Source: Stegostoma tigrinum
Taxonomy: Eukaryota
Reading direction: 5' to 3'
DNA: 64,000 nucleotides
Assembly (NCBI RefSeq): GCF_030684315.1
Contig: NC_081393.1
Location: forward strand, 682,001 to 746,000
Position numbers and translations under genes: made by a program. Below the pieces are notes generated by a model. That model was not told the origin of the DNA and ran no database searches. It saw nothing but the letters and a program-made list of their open reading frames with translations. This document shows, in pieces, positions 13,100-25,485 of this stretch (position 1 is its first letter; every line of letters begins with the position of its first letter).

Positions 13100-13570
13100 G
13101 CAGAGAGAGGGTCGGGGGGGGGGGGGGTGGAAACAGGAGAAAGGATCGAATCCCCGTTCGGGTTTAGGCCCTGGGTCCGGCCGCTCTCCCCGCCGCGGAC
13201 CCGGGCGGGAGGCCGCAGGCGGAGCCTCGGGCTCTAGGCCCCACTTCTCGCGCCCTTTCCCTAGGGGAGGACCTGAGCTTTAATTCCCCCCCGCACCAGT
13301 GAATCCGCCCGGGCCTAGCTCCCCCTCATCGTCCCATTATTCCACCAGAACCGCAAGCCCCTCCGAAGGGCGCGAGTCCTGGGGCCGGCCTCTCACCTCC
13401 CGAAACCGATCCAACGCCGCCGCCTGACGCGCTGCCCGCTCCCGCTGGAGGACTCCTCCAAACCCGAGGAGAGTGCGCTGCGCCAAGCCGAACACCACGC
13501 CTCCTCCGTCCCGCAGTGTACCAGCACCACCCGCACCTCCCTCTGGTGGCGCCTACAGCTACTGCAGGCT
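13100..13570 (-). promoter_or_regulatory. CpG island / CCAR2 promoter and probable non-coding first exon (donor GAG|GTGAGA at 13397)
   Basis: Sharp rise in GC and CpG content, GC boxes (gggcggg), minus-strand donor upstream of the first coding exon. Confidence 0.7.
13536..13552 (-). promoter_or_regulatory. Candidate CTCF site
   Basis: Minus strand reads GCGCCACCAGAGGGAGG, close to the CTCF core CCACCAGRGGGCG, at the CpG-island edge. Confidence 0.4.
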
Positions 13571-13959
13571 GCTCTGTGGAAACCGCAAGGAGGTCAAAAA
13601 CAAAGATACATCGATGGTTTTTTTTAAACTTCTTCCTGCACAGTCTGTGGGTATCACTGCAAAGGCGAGCATTTGCTCAAACATTCAAGAAGATAATTTG
13701 GTTAGAAATGGTTTGCAGGGAAATGGGTAAAGGCAGGAAATTGGCACCGGGTAATAGGGGCTGAATGGCCTCCTCCTGCACCAGAACAATTCTGAGGTTG
13801 TGTTTTGCCTATCCCTGACTGGCCCTTGAAATGAGTGGCCTGGGTCCATTTCAGAGGAAGAGAACCACCTCTCAACATCTGAATGGATCTGTGGGTCTCA
13901 GGTACCAGCTGATAGCAAGGTTTACATTGCTGCTTTCTCTGGGATTCCTGCTGCACAGT

Positions 13960-14258
13960 CTCTCTCTCACACACACACACACGTGTACACTCATACGCAC
14001 ACACACGTACACTCACATACACACACTCATACACACATACATACTCACACATGTACGCTCACATACACACACACTCACAGACATATACACTCACCTGTAC
14101 ACACACTCACATACACGTACACTCACATATACACATAAACATACACACACATGCACTCTCACATATACACACATATGTACACACTGACATATACTACACA
14201 TACATACACTTGCGTACACACACACATACTCACTCTCACATACACACACATCAACACT
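13960..14258. repeat. Degenerate (CA)n-rich microsatellite
   Basis: Direct inspection. Confidence 0.9.
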
Positions 14259-14659
14259 CGTAACATTTCATCTCATTGATACCCAATCAGAGGCTCCTGG
14301 ACAGGATCATCTCCTTCTTGGAGCATTCAATTCACTGAGAGTTAATCTGCCTTTGTCCCATATCCCTGAATAACATCAACCCGCTGAGTAAAATCTAGTT
14401 TCCCTCTCCCAACTTGATCAAGTCTTTTAATCATCACCTCATGCTTTCATGGCTGGGATTTTTCACAACGTACCTGGGAGGAATGAGCCAACCATCATGG
14501 CCCTGTTAGAAGCATTGCTGAAAACGATACAATGGCTTGAAGTGGTTCTCAGTCGACATAAAACAGTTGAGGAAGATTTTTGTTTGAAGCAACTGCTCCC
14601 ATAGTCTGCTGTTTAAAGCTGAATTATAATGTCAAGTAATGAGCAATCTTGGTGACAAA

Positions 14660-15078
14660 AGAAAGACTGGATCGAATGGGCTTGTGCTCACAAGAATTTG
14701 TAGAATAAGGGGGTCTTGTAGAAACATATAAAATCCTGATGGAACTGAACAGGCTCGATGCAAGATGAATGTTCCTGATGTTGGGGTCAAAGTCTAAGAA
14801 TAAAGAGTAAACCATTCAGGACTGAGATGAGGAATAATTTCTTCATTCAGAGAGTTGTGAAGCTGTGGAATTCCTTCCCACAGGAAGCTGTTCAGGCCAG
14901 TTCATTGGATATATTCCAGAGGGAGCTGGATGTGGCCCTTGTGGCTAAAGGGATCAAGGGATAAGGAGAGAAAGCGAGAGTGGGATACTGAGATTGTATA
15001 ATCAGCCATGATCGTATTGAATGGTAGTGCAGGATCGAAGGGCTGAATGGCCTACTCCTGCACCGATTTTCTATGTGA
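14660..15078 (+). mobile_element. CR1 LINE 3' fragment
   Basis: FFIQRVVKLWNS motif and tail gggctgaatggcctactcctgc. Confidence 0.8.
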
Positions 15079-17671
15079 TTAGATTAAGATAACGCACAGT
15101 GGGTCTTGTGAAATGTATACTTTGGGCCCTGTGTAACAGAAGCAGATGTAGCTGCTTGTGTAGAGTCGGATGAGGTAGAGCCTGGAGTAAATTTGATAGA
15201 GGTCTCCATACTAAACAGGTTCAAAGTGCAGTATTCATTGTGGAATTGAAGGGAAGGGTCTGACCGTGCACTGGTCAATGTTCAAAAGATGGCGGTGACA
15301 GAGTAGGCTCTTCCACTCCATCTGCTTTTTTTTTACTTTCGCTTCTTTTCTCATTTTTTAAAGTTTTTTTTAGATTTTTTTCCTACTTACTTACCTTCTG
15401 GAGCGAGTTTGATCAGGGAGGCATTGGCAGCGATGGCACCACGGCTTCCTCATGGTCAGACCTGGGGGCCTGGGTGAGGACGTTGACAATCAGAGAGTGA
15501 GCCGAATGCAGGAAGAGTGAGCCCCACACAGCGGTGAGGGAGAACCTGGCATCTCCGGTGGCAGCGAGAGCAGGCAGCCCAAGGTCTCCAGGAGAGTGGG
15601 CCAAAGTGGAGGAGATTGAGCCCTTCTAGGGAGTGCAAGCTCAGCAGGCTAAGCACTCAAGAAGACTGAGAACTTTTAACTTTATTTCTTTATTTTTCCT
15701 GTAATACTAAGATGGACTGTGATGTTTACATTTTTATTATATCTTATTGTTTTCCCACTGGGTACCTAAGATTTTGCACGACAGTTCCTTTGTACCAAAG
15801 ATAGTACTAGGAACGGTGATATTGTACACTTATCACTGTACTCATGTACTTCTATACTTGAGGACATGTGACAATAAAACCTAATTCTAATAATGTTAAG
15901 CCCCTCGGGATGAGTGATTCAACGAAATTTGGCTGGGTATGTTCATTTAAACTGAATTTTTTCCCCATGTATGGTGGGAAATTCTCTGGACTGGCCAGAG
16001 TCTCTGTCCCCACTTGTATAAAACAATAAATTCTTTGATGTTTGAAGCAGACAAGGATATTTATCAATCCACCCCCATCAACCCTACTATTGCACAAACA
16101 CACTCCGAATGACACAATTGATATTTCCCTCATCAGCTTGTTCAGAGATGTTATTACACATCCTCTGGAGCAGGTGGGACTTGAACCTAGGCCTCCTGGC
16201 TCAAAGGTAGAGTCATTACCATTGTGTTAACCAGCACCCTTTAAATGTGTGAATACCCAATTAAACCACACAAATGACCAATCTGCCTGACTGACTGTCA
16301 CTTGGGAATAATACAATTCACACCAGTTTTCACCTTTCACAGAAGATACCTATTTATTGTGAACACACACAGCTTCAATAAATGAGAGAGAAAATGATTA
16401 CTAATCTACGACTATGTGACTAAAACAACACTGCACAAAAATCCCAAATGTACAAAAATACAAACACAAACATTCATGACAAAATACAGACAGTTTGACA
16501 CAGCTATTATGGCTGATAAAAATAGAGTGCGAACAAAATTCCGAGGTGAAAAGTCCAGATCACAAGAGCGAGTTAAATTATCTCGCATTTCAGCAATGAT
16601 GAAACACGCTATTATCTGTGAAATGATGGCAGTTCTTCATTTCCATAGCTGATTGGTGGACTTTGTTCTTTTCTGGTAGAAATTCTTCTTTTAAATTTCT
16701 TGGTGTTTCTGTCTATTTTTCCACATGGACAGATAAAGATGGGAGAGATATCACTTTCTAAAGCAAGAACATTCTAAACATTCACTGCTCTGACATTTTC
16801 AACTGAATATCTACCATGTCCCCTGAACACCAATACTAGAAACAGCTGTTCAACATTGTTTCTGTTTCAGTGGAATCAGTTCTCATTTTTATAAACTTTA
16901 ATGATGGAAGGTCTAACCTGTTTAGCCGCTCTCTATAAGTCAACTCCTGCTTACCAGCTTTCAATTTCATTCTTTCACCTTTCGAACAGCCTCCAAAACT
17001 GGTACATCTTTCCTGAAATACAAGGACTAAAACTGTATACAATACTCTAGGTGTGGTCTCACCAACTCCCCTGGCACTTGTATCAAACCTTTTCTGTTTT
17101 TAAACTCCAATCCCTGGGTGAGAGAAACGATTTCTATCTAACCCCTGGCCTGACACTTGCACACCGTAGAAAACCAACTCCAATCTCCCCCCTTTGCAAT
17201 TCCTCAAGGTCAGAACCTGAACCATGATGAACTCTTATTGGGTGGATGACAGAAACATACATTTCTGGAGCACCATCAGTGGATCCCCAATGTCTCGGAA
17301 GGATCTCAGAACTGAGGTATTTTTGCGTGCATCTGCTGCTGGAGAATCAGGAGAGAAACTGCTTCGCACAACTGGGACTGTTCACTTGACTGCCAACTCA
17401 GAGTGGATCATTGACACTGTTTCTGTGCGTTCCACACTCCAGCCTGGAGCTTCATTCCCTTTCTGCAAATTATTATCATCTTCAGTTCCCTTATGCAAGT
17501 GTTTGAAAATTCTTCCTTTTGGTCCAGTAGCTCCTGACTATGGAATTGGACCCTGCTGAGATTCAGTCTGAGAGCTTTGGCAGTGACTTGTCTGTCAAGC
17601 AATGGAAATTCTCTGGGGCTGTACTGTCTGATTTCCTCATTTCTTACCCGTGCTTCTGATCCCTAGAGCCT

Positions 17672-17764
17672 TTAAAACCTGGTCACAAAAGTCCTTCTTG
17701 TCCTGGACATATCCTTCAGGCGATTCAGTATTTCCCTCATTCGACCCCAGCCAGCCTGAGGAGT
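17672..17764 (-). CDS. C8orf58: C8orf58-like last coding exon
   Basis: gtttcag|TPQAGWGRMREILNRLKDMSRTRRTFVTRF*. Confidence 0.7.
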   Translation of the reverse strand, partial: TPQAGWGRMREILNRLKDMSRTRRTFVTRF

Positions 17765-20700
17765 CTGAAACAAACAAGTGAACATCTAGCGAACAAGAAG
17801 TACCCCTTGGTGTAACTCAGTGCAGGCAGGTGGCCCCTGGAGTGACTGCAACAAGGTCAGTCAGGCGGTACTGGTAGAATTGGAGTTCCCTGATTGGGCC
17901 AGGTTTACAGTCCTAGTCAGGGAGCCCTGGCTGACAGATAAGAACAGGAGTGTCAGAGGTTCTGTTCGCTCTGAGAGAGTTGGATCAGTGTCAAGTACTT
18001 TCCAGAGTAAATAAAGGCCCATGTGGAGTTCTCTCAGCCCCCAGTCACTGATTCCCAATGAACAGTTTGGAGAGATGATAATTCCAACGTGCTGGCAAAA
18101 TGCATAATGTCTCAAAGTGTACAGAGAGAGATAGTATACAGTGATCAGTGTTATGGCCACGTCCATTAGCTGAACAGAATTGATTTGGCACTTTGTCATT
18201 GACAGACAGGAACGATCAGCCAATGATCTGAGAGAAAGGCAAAATGGAGTGGAACGGCTGAGTGGCCTGGAACTGCCCCCTTAAGGCAAACAGGGAGGAT
18301 CGGGTAAACAGGGAGGATCGGGTAATCAGGGAGGATCAGGTAAACAGGGAGGATCGTGTAAACAGAGAGGATCGTGTAATCAGGGAGGATCAGGCAAACA
18401 GGGAGGATCCGGTAAACAGGAGGATCCGGTAAACAGGGAGGATCGAGTAAACAGGGAGGATCGGGTAATCAGGGAGGATCAGGTAAACAGGGAGGATCGT
18501 GTAAACAGGGAGGATCGTGTAAACAGAGAGGATCGTGTAATCAGGGAGGATCGGGTAAACAGAGAGGATCGGATAATCAGGGAAGATCGGGTAATCAGGG
18601 AAGATCGGGTAATCAGGGAGGATCGGGTAAACAGAGAGGATCGGGTAAACAGAGAGGATCGGATAATCAGGGAAGATCGGGTAATCAGGGAAGATCGGGT
18701 AATCAGGGAAGATCGGGTAAACAGAGAGGATCGGGTAAACAGAGAGGATCGGGTAAATGGGGAGGATCGGGGAAACAGGGAGGATCGGGTAATCAGGGAA
18801 GATCAGGTAAACAGGGAGGATCGTGTAAACAGGGAGGATCAGGTAAACAGAGAGGATCGGGTAAATGGGGAGGATCGGGGAAACAGGGAGGATCGGGGAA
18901 ACAGGGAGGATCGGGTAATCAGGGAAGATCGGGTAATCAGGGAAGATCAGGTAATCAGGGAAGATCAGGTAATCAGGGAGGATCGGGTAAACAGAGAGGA
19001 TCGGGTAAATGGGGAGGATCGGGTAAACGGGGAAGATTGTGTAAACAGGGAGGATCGGGTAATCGGAGATGATCGGGTAATCAGAGAGGATCGGGTAATC
19101 AGGGATGATTGGGTAAATGGGGAGGATCGGGGAAACAGGGAAGATCGGGTAAACAGGGAGGATCATGTAATCAGGGAGGATCAGGTAATCAGGGAGGATC
19201 AGGTAAACAGGGAGGATCGGGTAAACAGAGAGGATCGGATAATCAGGGAGGATCGGGTAATCAAGGATGATCAGGTAAACAGGGAGGATCGGGTAATCAG
19301 AGAGGATCGGGTAAACAGGGAGGATCGGGTAATCAGAGAGGATCGGGTAAGCAGGAGGTGGATGAGTCCAGTCCAGTCCAGTCCAGTCCAGACGTGAAAT
19401 CTCTGCCTCTTAAGAAATGGACAGTTAAAGGGACAGCACTTGAAATGGAGAGATAGGAACAGAGAATAGAGAGGAACAGGAACAGGGAGGCACGGTGGCT
19501 CAGTGGTTAGCACTGCAGCCTCACAGCGCCAGGGACCCAAGTTCGATTCCAGCCTCAGGTAACTGTCTGTGTGGAGTTTGCACATTCTCCCCGTGTCTGC
19601 GTGGGTTTCCTCCGGGTGCTCCGGTTTCCTCCCACAGTCCAAAGATGTGCAGGCTAGGTGGATCGGCCATGCTAAATTGCCTGTAGTGTTCAGGGGTTTG
19701 TGGGTTATGGGGGTTGGGTCTGGGTGGGATGATCCAAGGGGCGGTGTGAACTTTTGGGCCGAAGGGCCTGTTTCCACACTGTTGGGAATCTAATCTAATT
19801 TAAACACAGATTGTTCAGCTCTGGCATCAGGAATGGCAAACAGAACTGTGGATTCTAGACATGAGGACTGAACAGAAAATGATTGAATTCCAGCACAAGC
19901 ATTTCAGCACTGAAGTGTCACAGTACACCAGTTCAGGCCAGTGTTTTGGTGAAGGGATAGTTCAAAATTGGAAAAGGGGGGAATACAGTAGCATCAGAAA
20001 ATCAGGAAGGGAATGAACATCAGCAGAGATACTGTACAACTCAAGGGAGAGAGTTCACAGAAGAGGTCAACATTCAGAAAGAGAGGACAGGGGAAAACAA
20101 GATCCCACAGAAGAGAAGGTCAATGCCAAACAGCAAGTAAATGGGGAGAATTCGTGCAAGGATACTTTTGCACAGGTCAATGTTCAGGTAGAAAAGGGGT
20201 CGTGACAACTAGATAACATGAGAGACACTGGAACATCTATTAAACTGAAGATAAGGACCTAAAAAGCCACTTTGTAAAATGATCCACTGAAGTGGTGGGA
20301 AGAGATAGCAGCATGAGCACGATGGGTGGAATGGTCACAATGTATGCAATAAACTGGCAAACAGTGGAGGAATTAATATGAGTTATGGATACAATACCGT
20401 GGTATCTTGAGCAGTGTTGTGCATCTGCATCCCGTGATGAATATTACTGGTCAGATGCTCCTTATTCTCAGAAAGACAGGAGTCATACTCAGTCAGGGGA
20501 AACTCACTGCTCCCTGCGAAGGCAGACATCATGTCAGCAAAGAGCGATTGGAGAGAAAACATACTTTAGCTTTTACTGACCCTCCGACAGTGTTACACTC
20601 CCTCAGCACTGACCCTCCGACAGTGCGGCGCTCCCTCAGTACTGACGCTCCGACAGCGTGGCACACCCTCAGCACTGACCCTCCGACAGTGCGACACTCC

Positions 20701-23700
20701 CTCAGCACTGACCCTCCGACAGTGCGGCGCTCCCTCAGTACTGACGCTCCGACAGCGTGGCACACCCTCAGCACTGACCCTCCGATAGTGCGGTACTCCC
20801 TCAGTACTGACCCTCTGACAGTGCGGCACTCCCTCAGCACTGACCCTCCGATAGTGCGGCACTCCCTCAGTACTGACCCTCTGACAGTGCGGCACTCCCT
20901 CAGCACTGACCCTCCGATAGTGCGGCACTCCCTCAGTACTGACCCTCTGACAGTGTTACACTCCCTCAGCACTGACCCTCCGACAGTGCGGCTCTCCCTC
21001 AGTACTGACCCTCTGACAGTGCGGCACTCCCTCAGTACTGACCCTCTGACAGGGAGTCGCTCTCTATATTGCATTGGTATTATGTGGAGTGTAAGGATGG
21101 CTCGTATGAGGTTGGGGATGAGGCTGTAGGTATTTAGCATTGAGGTATGACTGATAGTTTTGAATTTTCAGTCATGCTTTTCTGGCAATTAATGCCTTCC
21201 TCTCCCCTCAGCCCCACTCCACCTGCCCACCTTGTCTCCCATACTCTCAAACCCCTCTATCTCAGCCAAACACCCCCCCAACCAACATGGTTTCTCAGCC
21301 TCCAATCCCTGTAACCTCCCTCCGAATCTTGGCAAAGTATGCGAGGAGGAGGGTTCGCATTATTGGATAATCACACATTCACCTCTCACCATTGCCTGGC
21401 CACAGTGTGCCCGAGTCTGATGCCCACCTCTTCTGTAAGGAGGAGTGTTGATTATGCCCAGGATGCTGCAGTGAGTCAGGGAGCTGGTATTGAGCATTGA
21501 AGCTGTGGGTGAGCGGTTGAGTCTCCCCATGCCCAGGCTGTCCTGCCCATTGTAGGAACACTGCTGTTGAACCACAGCTACAGTAATGTTGAAGGAGCTC
21601 CTAGATGGCAAAAAGAGAAAACAACACACAGACTGTACTAAATGCAAACACATCACATACAGCATTGAACTGAAGCTTGAAAGCAATGCTAGTTTTCTCG
21701 GACAGTCCTTGTGCCCTCCCGCTGCCTCTCTCCTGGCCAGTGGGTGCTGAGCACTCCTATCTATCTTACCAATTGCTTCTCTTTCTGCTTCAGCTTCTCT
21801 TCCATTTGTAGTTTGTCTTCTTTCAGCAGTGAGTTCCTTTCTTGAAGATCTGCGATTTTATCCAGCAGACGACATACCTGCTCCAGATACTTGTTGCTAG
21901 GAACCTTTGAGGCTGCTCCTTCCCCTCTGGCCTAAGAGACAGAGAGAGTGAGTGAGGGAGAGAGAGACAGTGTGTGAATGAGAGAGAGAGAGAGACAGAG
22001 GGACACAGGGAGAGAGCATGAGAGACAGAGAGAGAGAAAGAGAAAAGGAGACATAGAAAGAGAAAGTGAGAGGCAGAGAGAGTGAGTGTGAGAGACAGAG
22101 AGAGCGAGAGAGATTACAAATCCAAATAGATAGTCACGAGCCTGTCTGCAGCGAGCTCCAGCTAACAAAATTACTCAACTTGCATTCCCAGATAAACCTG
22201 TTGTTTTCCAAGCCTCAATATCGATTCCCAGTTAGAAAACATCAGGTAAAACTGAGAGTGTAGGCAGTGACAGGAACAAAATACTCCCAGCATTTCACAC
22301 ACGGTCCAAAGACACTGGGTGACAAACAACTACAGGAAATGGAGGATTCACTCACTCACAGTCACACATATTGTCACATAGCTTCCTACAATTTAACCTT
22401 GCATCAGGTCATTCTACCTGCTATTGTTACTGTCTAAAGAGTCCAGTGGAATGATCCAGAAAGAGTTGGGGTCTTTAATGCTTCCATTGCTGACCATGAA
22501 GCAATCAGATTGTTGTCTAAACCTGCCTACATTCCTAGTGTCTGCAGCTTTTCCTGCACAGATCCAAAAAAGCCAGGCAGTGGAGGATGGAGCTGGAGCT
22601 TCATCATTACATACTTAGACAGCTTATTCACAAAGACAGGTATTACAAACACGCATCTCCAAACTCGATGATCACTGTTTCAGTCTGTCCCTAATGCACC
22701 AGGAGTGATTCCCCAGACACTGCTGCCTGAAGGGACTGGAACAAGGTCAGTCAGGCCGACCTCATAGAATCTGAGTTCCCTCACTGGAGCTGTTAATCTG
22801 GGCCAATCAGGGAGCCTTGGCTGACTGACAGAAGCAGCAATGTCAGGGATTCTGCTCACTCTAGGAGTTGGTTCTGAACTAGCTGTGTCATGGACAATGC
22901 ACATGTGAATAAAAGGTAACTTGGTGATGGGATACCAGCCTTCACGGAGTTAAATCACCCACCGTGTGCAAAACAAGAAAACACTCGACTGCTATTCAAT
23001 CATCACTTGCCCCATCTGATCTATATGTGAGGCCAGAGCCATAGCAATGACTCTTATCCTGCCAAATAAAAACCAAAAGAACTGAGGATGCTGTAAATCA
23101 GGAAAAAAAAACAAAGTTTCTGGAAAAGCTCAGCAGGTCCGGCAGCATCTGTGAAGACAAAAAAAGTCAGAGTTAATGTTTCGAGTCTGGTGATCCTTCC
23201 TCAGAACCCTTATCCTGCCACTGAAATGGCTGAGGAAGGCACTGGGCTGAAGTTAAAAAAGACAGGTCAGCAACACTGAGTGATTGAAGGGGAGTAACTG
23301 TTGGCCTCCTCGTGTCTCCAGAATGAATGTGTTAGAGACACAAACACTGACGTACAGCACTGATCTACCAAGATACTGGCCCCTGCACACACTGTGACGT
23401 ACCAAACTGCAATGGACTGATGACGGGTTAACACAGAGTGCTGTGGGACACACTCTGTTAGACAAGATGCCATGTGAAATTCCTGAGATTTCTCCTGGGT
23501 TGAGGAAGCTTCTCTGGAATGTGAACCATTCAAGTTGAGATCAGATAACATTCCACAGCCTTACGGAATTCCTTATGGAGGAATCATTGCACGGTGTTTG
23601 AGGGAGTTGGATTAGGCAGAATTCCAGCAATCCATGATTGAAATGGTATGAAGCTGGTTTGAGCAGGGCATCACTCTCAGACAGTGTTTGGTTTCAGGGC

Positions 23701-24736
23701 TCTCCACACTTTCTCTTTGGCACAACTTGGAAGAAGAGTAAGTGAAAAATGCTGGGCCAAACATTTATGCCTCAGTCAACATGTCACAAAAAAGACCGAT
23801 GATGTGTTCAATTCCACACCGCTCTTTCTGGGTTCTTGCTGTGCATCAACCGGCCTCTCTATTTCCTGTATTAGGGATTCCACTCAAAAATACCTCAGTT
23901 CTGAGATCCTTCCGAGACATTGGGGACCCACTGATGGTGCTCCGGAAATGTATGTTTCTGTCATCCACTCTACAAGAGTTCATCATGGTTCAGGTTCTGA
24001 CCTTGAGGAATTACAAAGGGGGGAGATTGGAGTTGGTTTTTTACGGTGTGCAAGTGTCAGGCCAGGGGTTAGATAGAAATCCTTTCTCTCACCTAGTGGT
24101 GGAATATTGTTGTTCTCCCTGCCCTGGCTGAGATCTGGTCCAGCTCAACTTTCTCAGCTCAATTACTTCTGGCTTCTGTGACCACATTGATTCTGAACTC
24201 GCCACTTGGGACTGCCCAAAGTAATATCCCATTCGCTGTGACCCTCGCCTGCTCAGCCCCTCACCTTCCGTCAATTCAAGTGCTCCCAAATTTGGATGCC
24301 CGCTCTATATTCACACCAAGAACTGCACCTCCCCATCACCTGCTAAGCCCAGCCATCTACTGCTAGGTCGGTGCCCCCTCCATCTTTTAACTTTCTTACC
24401 TGTGCCACTTACCTGGAGGTGACGATTGATGCTGTTGGTGCCTAGGGTCCTCTGAAGGGGGTAATGAGAGCCTGGCACTGCCCCCTTACCGCCGCTGGAC
24501 AGTGCAGGTTGTGACTGGGCCAAGGGCCGCAGTAAGAGGAGTGAGTGTCGGTGGCTGGCTCGGCCAGGTGCAGGCTCCCAGGGTCGATGTGCCTCTCCCA
24601 GTTTCCGTGATAACGTTCTCTGCAGGACTCGCTGCAGGCTCGGATGGACTGACTCCAGAGGGGGCAGGGGGCTGTTCTGGACATACCCCTCTGAGTCTCG
24701 GCCCATCTCCAGCTCCAACTGGTCACAAGTGGCCAT
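17672..24736 (-). CDS. C8orf58: C8orf58-like (DUF4657-type) uncharacterised protein, about 301 aa if the ATG at 24736 is the start
   Basis: Exons 24736-24413, 21931-21770, 21600-21390, 20513-20398 and 17764-17672 splice in frame. KYLEQVCRLLDKIADLQ resembles human RYLEHLCLVLEQMARLQ, GWGRMREILNRL resembles HWDKVKVLLNRI, and SRKLGE resembles SQKLGE. Lies between PDLIM2 and CCAR2 as in human. Start uncertain. Confidence 0.72.
17810..18030 (+). mobile_element. Probable solo-LTR-like repeat (related copy at about 22730-22950)
   Basis: Shared aacaaggtcagtcaggc...gagttccct...cagggagcc.tggctgac...aataaa blocks. Confidence 0.5.
18287..19352. repeat. 18-bp minisatellite (about 59 copies)
   Basis: Unit gggtaa(a/t)cag(g/a)g(a)ggatc repeated head to tail. 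Confidence 0.97.
19488..19800 (+). mobile_element. tRNA-derived V-SINE (HE1-like), full length
   Basis: A box TGGCTCAGTGG 19496-19506, B box GTTCGATTCC 19541-19550, V-domain core (gtgtggagtttgcacattctccccgtgtctgcgtgggtttcc), CR1-type tail gggccgaagggcctg. Confidence 0.9.
20398..20513 (-). CDS. C8orf58: C8orf58-like exon
   Basis: ttcgcag|(G)SSEFPLTEYDSCLSENKEHLTSNIHHGMQMHNTAQDTT|gtattg; supplies the required phase 1 to 0 bridge. Confidence 0.6.
20575..21052. repeat. 33-bp minisatellite (about 14 copies)
   Basis: Unit actgaccctccgacagtgcggcactccctcag(c/t). Confidence 0.97.
21390..21600 (-). CDS. C8orf58: C8orf58-like exon
   Basis: catctag|ELLQHYCSCGS...KRWASDSGTLWPGN|gtgaga; phase 0 to 1. 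Confidence 0.72.
21770..21931 (-). CDS. C8orf58: C8orf58-like exon, conserved coiled-coil motif
   Basis: ctcttag|ARGEGAASKVPSNKYLEQVCRLLDKIADLQERNSLLKEDKLQMEEKLKQKEKQL|gtaaga. Confidence 0.8.
23066..23208 (-). mobile_element. Penelope-derived terminal fragment with a hammerhead-like core
   Basis: Minus strand 23204-23175: CTGAGGAAGGATCACCAGACTCGAAACATT. Confidence 0.65.
24413..24736 (-). CDS. C8orf58: C8orf58-like exon (5' boundary uncertain)
   Basis: MATCDQLELEMGRDSEG...LQRTLSRKLGEAHRPW...NRHLQ|gtaagt; the frame stays open upstream to a TAG at about 24863-24865. Confidence 0.5.
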
Positions 24737-25484
24737 GGGATCCTGGGGATCTACCACAGACTGGCAGGTACTGTCTGGAGCCTGAGCTCCACTCCAAACT
24801 CTTCTAACTGAGACTTGGCAGTGAACTAAAGTCTCTGACAGATCACTTCCCTCTGATCCGCTCTAGAGATCCATCAGGCTTAAGGTCGACATGGTCCCTC
24901 CAGGATTCTCCCACCCAACAGCCCTCCTCCAAAAAAATCCAAACAGCAGGCAGCAGGCTGTCGATATGTACAGCTCCTGTCAAACGCTCCGTCCTGGAGA
25001 CACCACAAACTGGAGACTGTAAATTCCTCCGGGCTGACTGGGATTCTTTGAGAAGGCAGGGTCACACCCACTGCATCTGCTGCTGGATGAGAAACACACC
25101 CTCTTGAGCTGGTCACACAATCATTGCTTCTTGCACAGCCAGGGAATTCAAAAGAGGTTGAACTTCAGGGATGGACAGGGTGAGGGAGAACGTGTAGGTA
25201 TAGGACAGAGAGAGAAAGGGGTCAGGACTGACAAAAACCAGAATGATGAAGATACGAGGGACTGAGAGAAACAGTAACACAGGGCATGGCACGTCTATGA
25301 GAGAGAAGCAGTCAGAGTAAAAACGCAAGCAAGGAGAGATTGCTCCAGAAAGCTAGAAAGAGAAAAGATTAAACAGAGTTAGACAGAGAGAAAGAAAACA
25401 AAATACAAGAAAAGGCCGAATGAAGATGTGAAGGAAGAGATGGGGAAACTGAGAAAAGAGATACTGAGTGATATCCTGGTGATA

Positions 25485-25485
<1 letters not shown>

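Noticed and set aside
18390-19166. 258-aa ORF of YPILP repeats
   Set aside because: Arises from an 18-bp tandem unit lacking stops in one frame; no supported splice connection to the host gene.
19488-19560. tRNA gene
   Set aside because: A and B boxes belong to a SINE head followed by a V-domain and LINE tail.
20407-21140. 240-aa and 203-aa ORFs on opposite strands; array superficially CRISPR-like
   Set aside because: 33-bp head-to-tail minisatellite with no unique spacers, no cas genes, and a eukaryotic context.
17810-22950. Two similar LTR-like repeats as the ends of one provirus
   Set aside because: The copies are strongly diverged and the interval holds host exons with no gag/pol, so they are better read as independent solo copies.
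24089-24289. Extra C8orf58 exon containing PGQG
   Set aside because: No good acceptor, the frame ends in a stop at the donor, and the flanking exons already join in phase.
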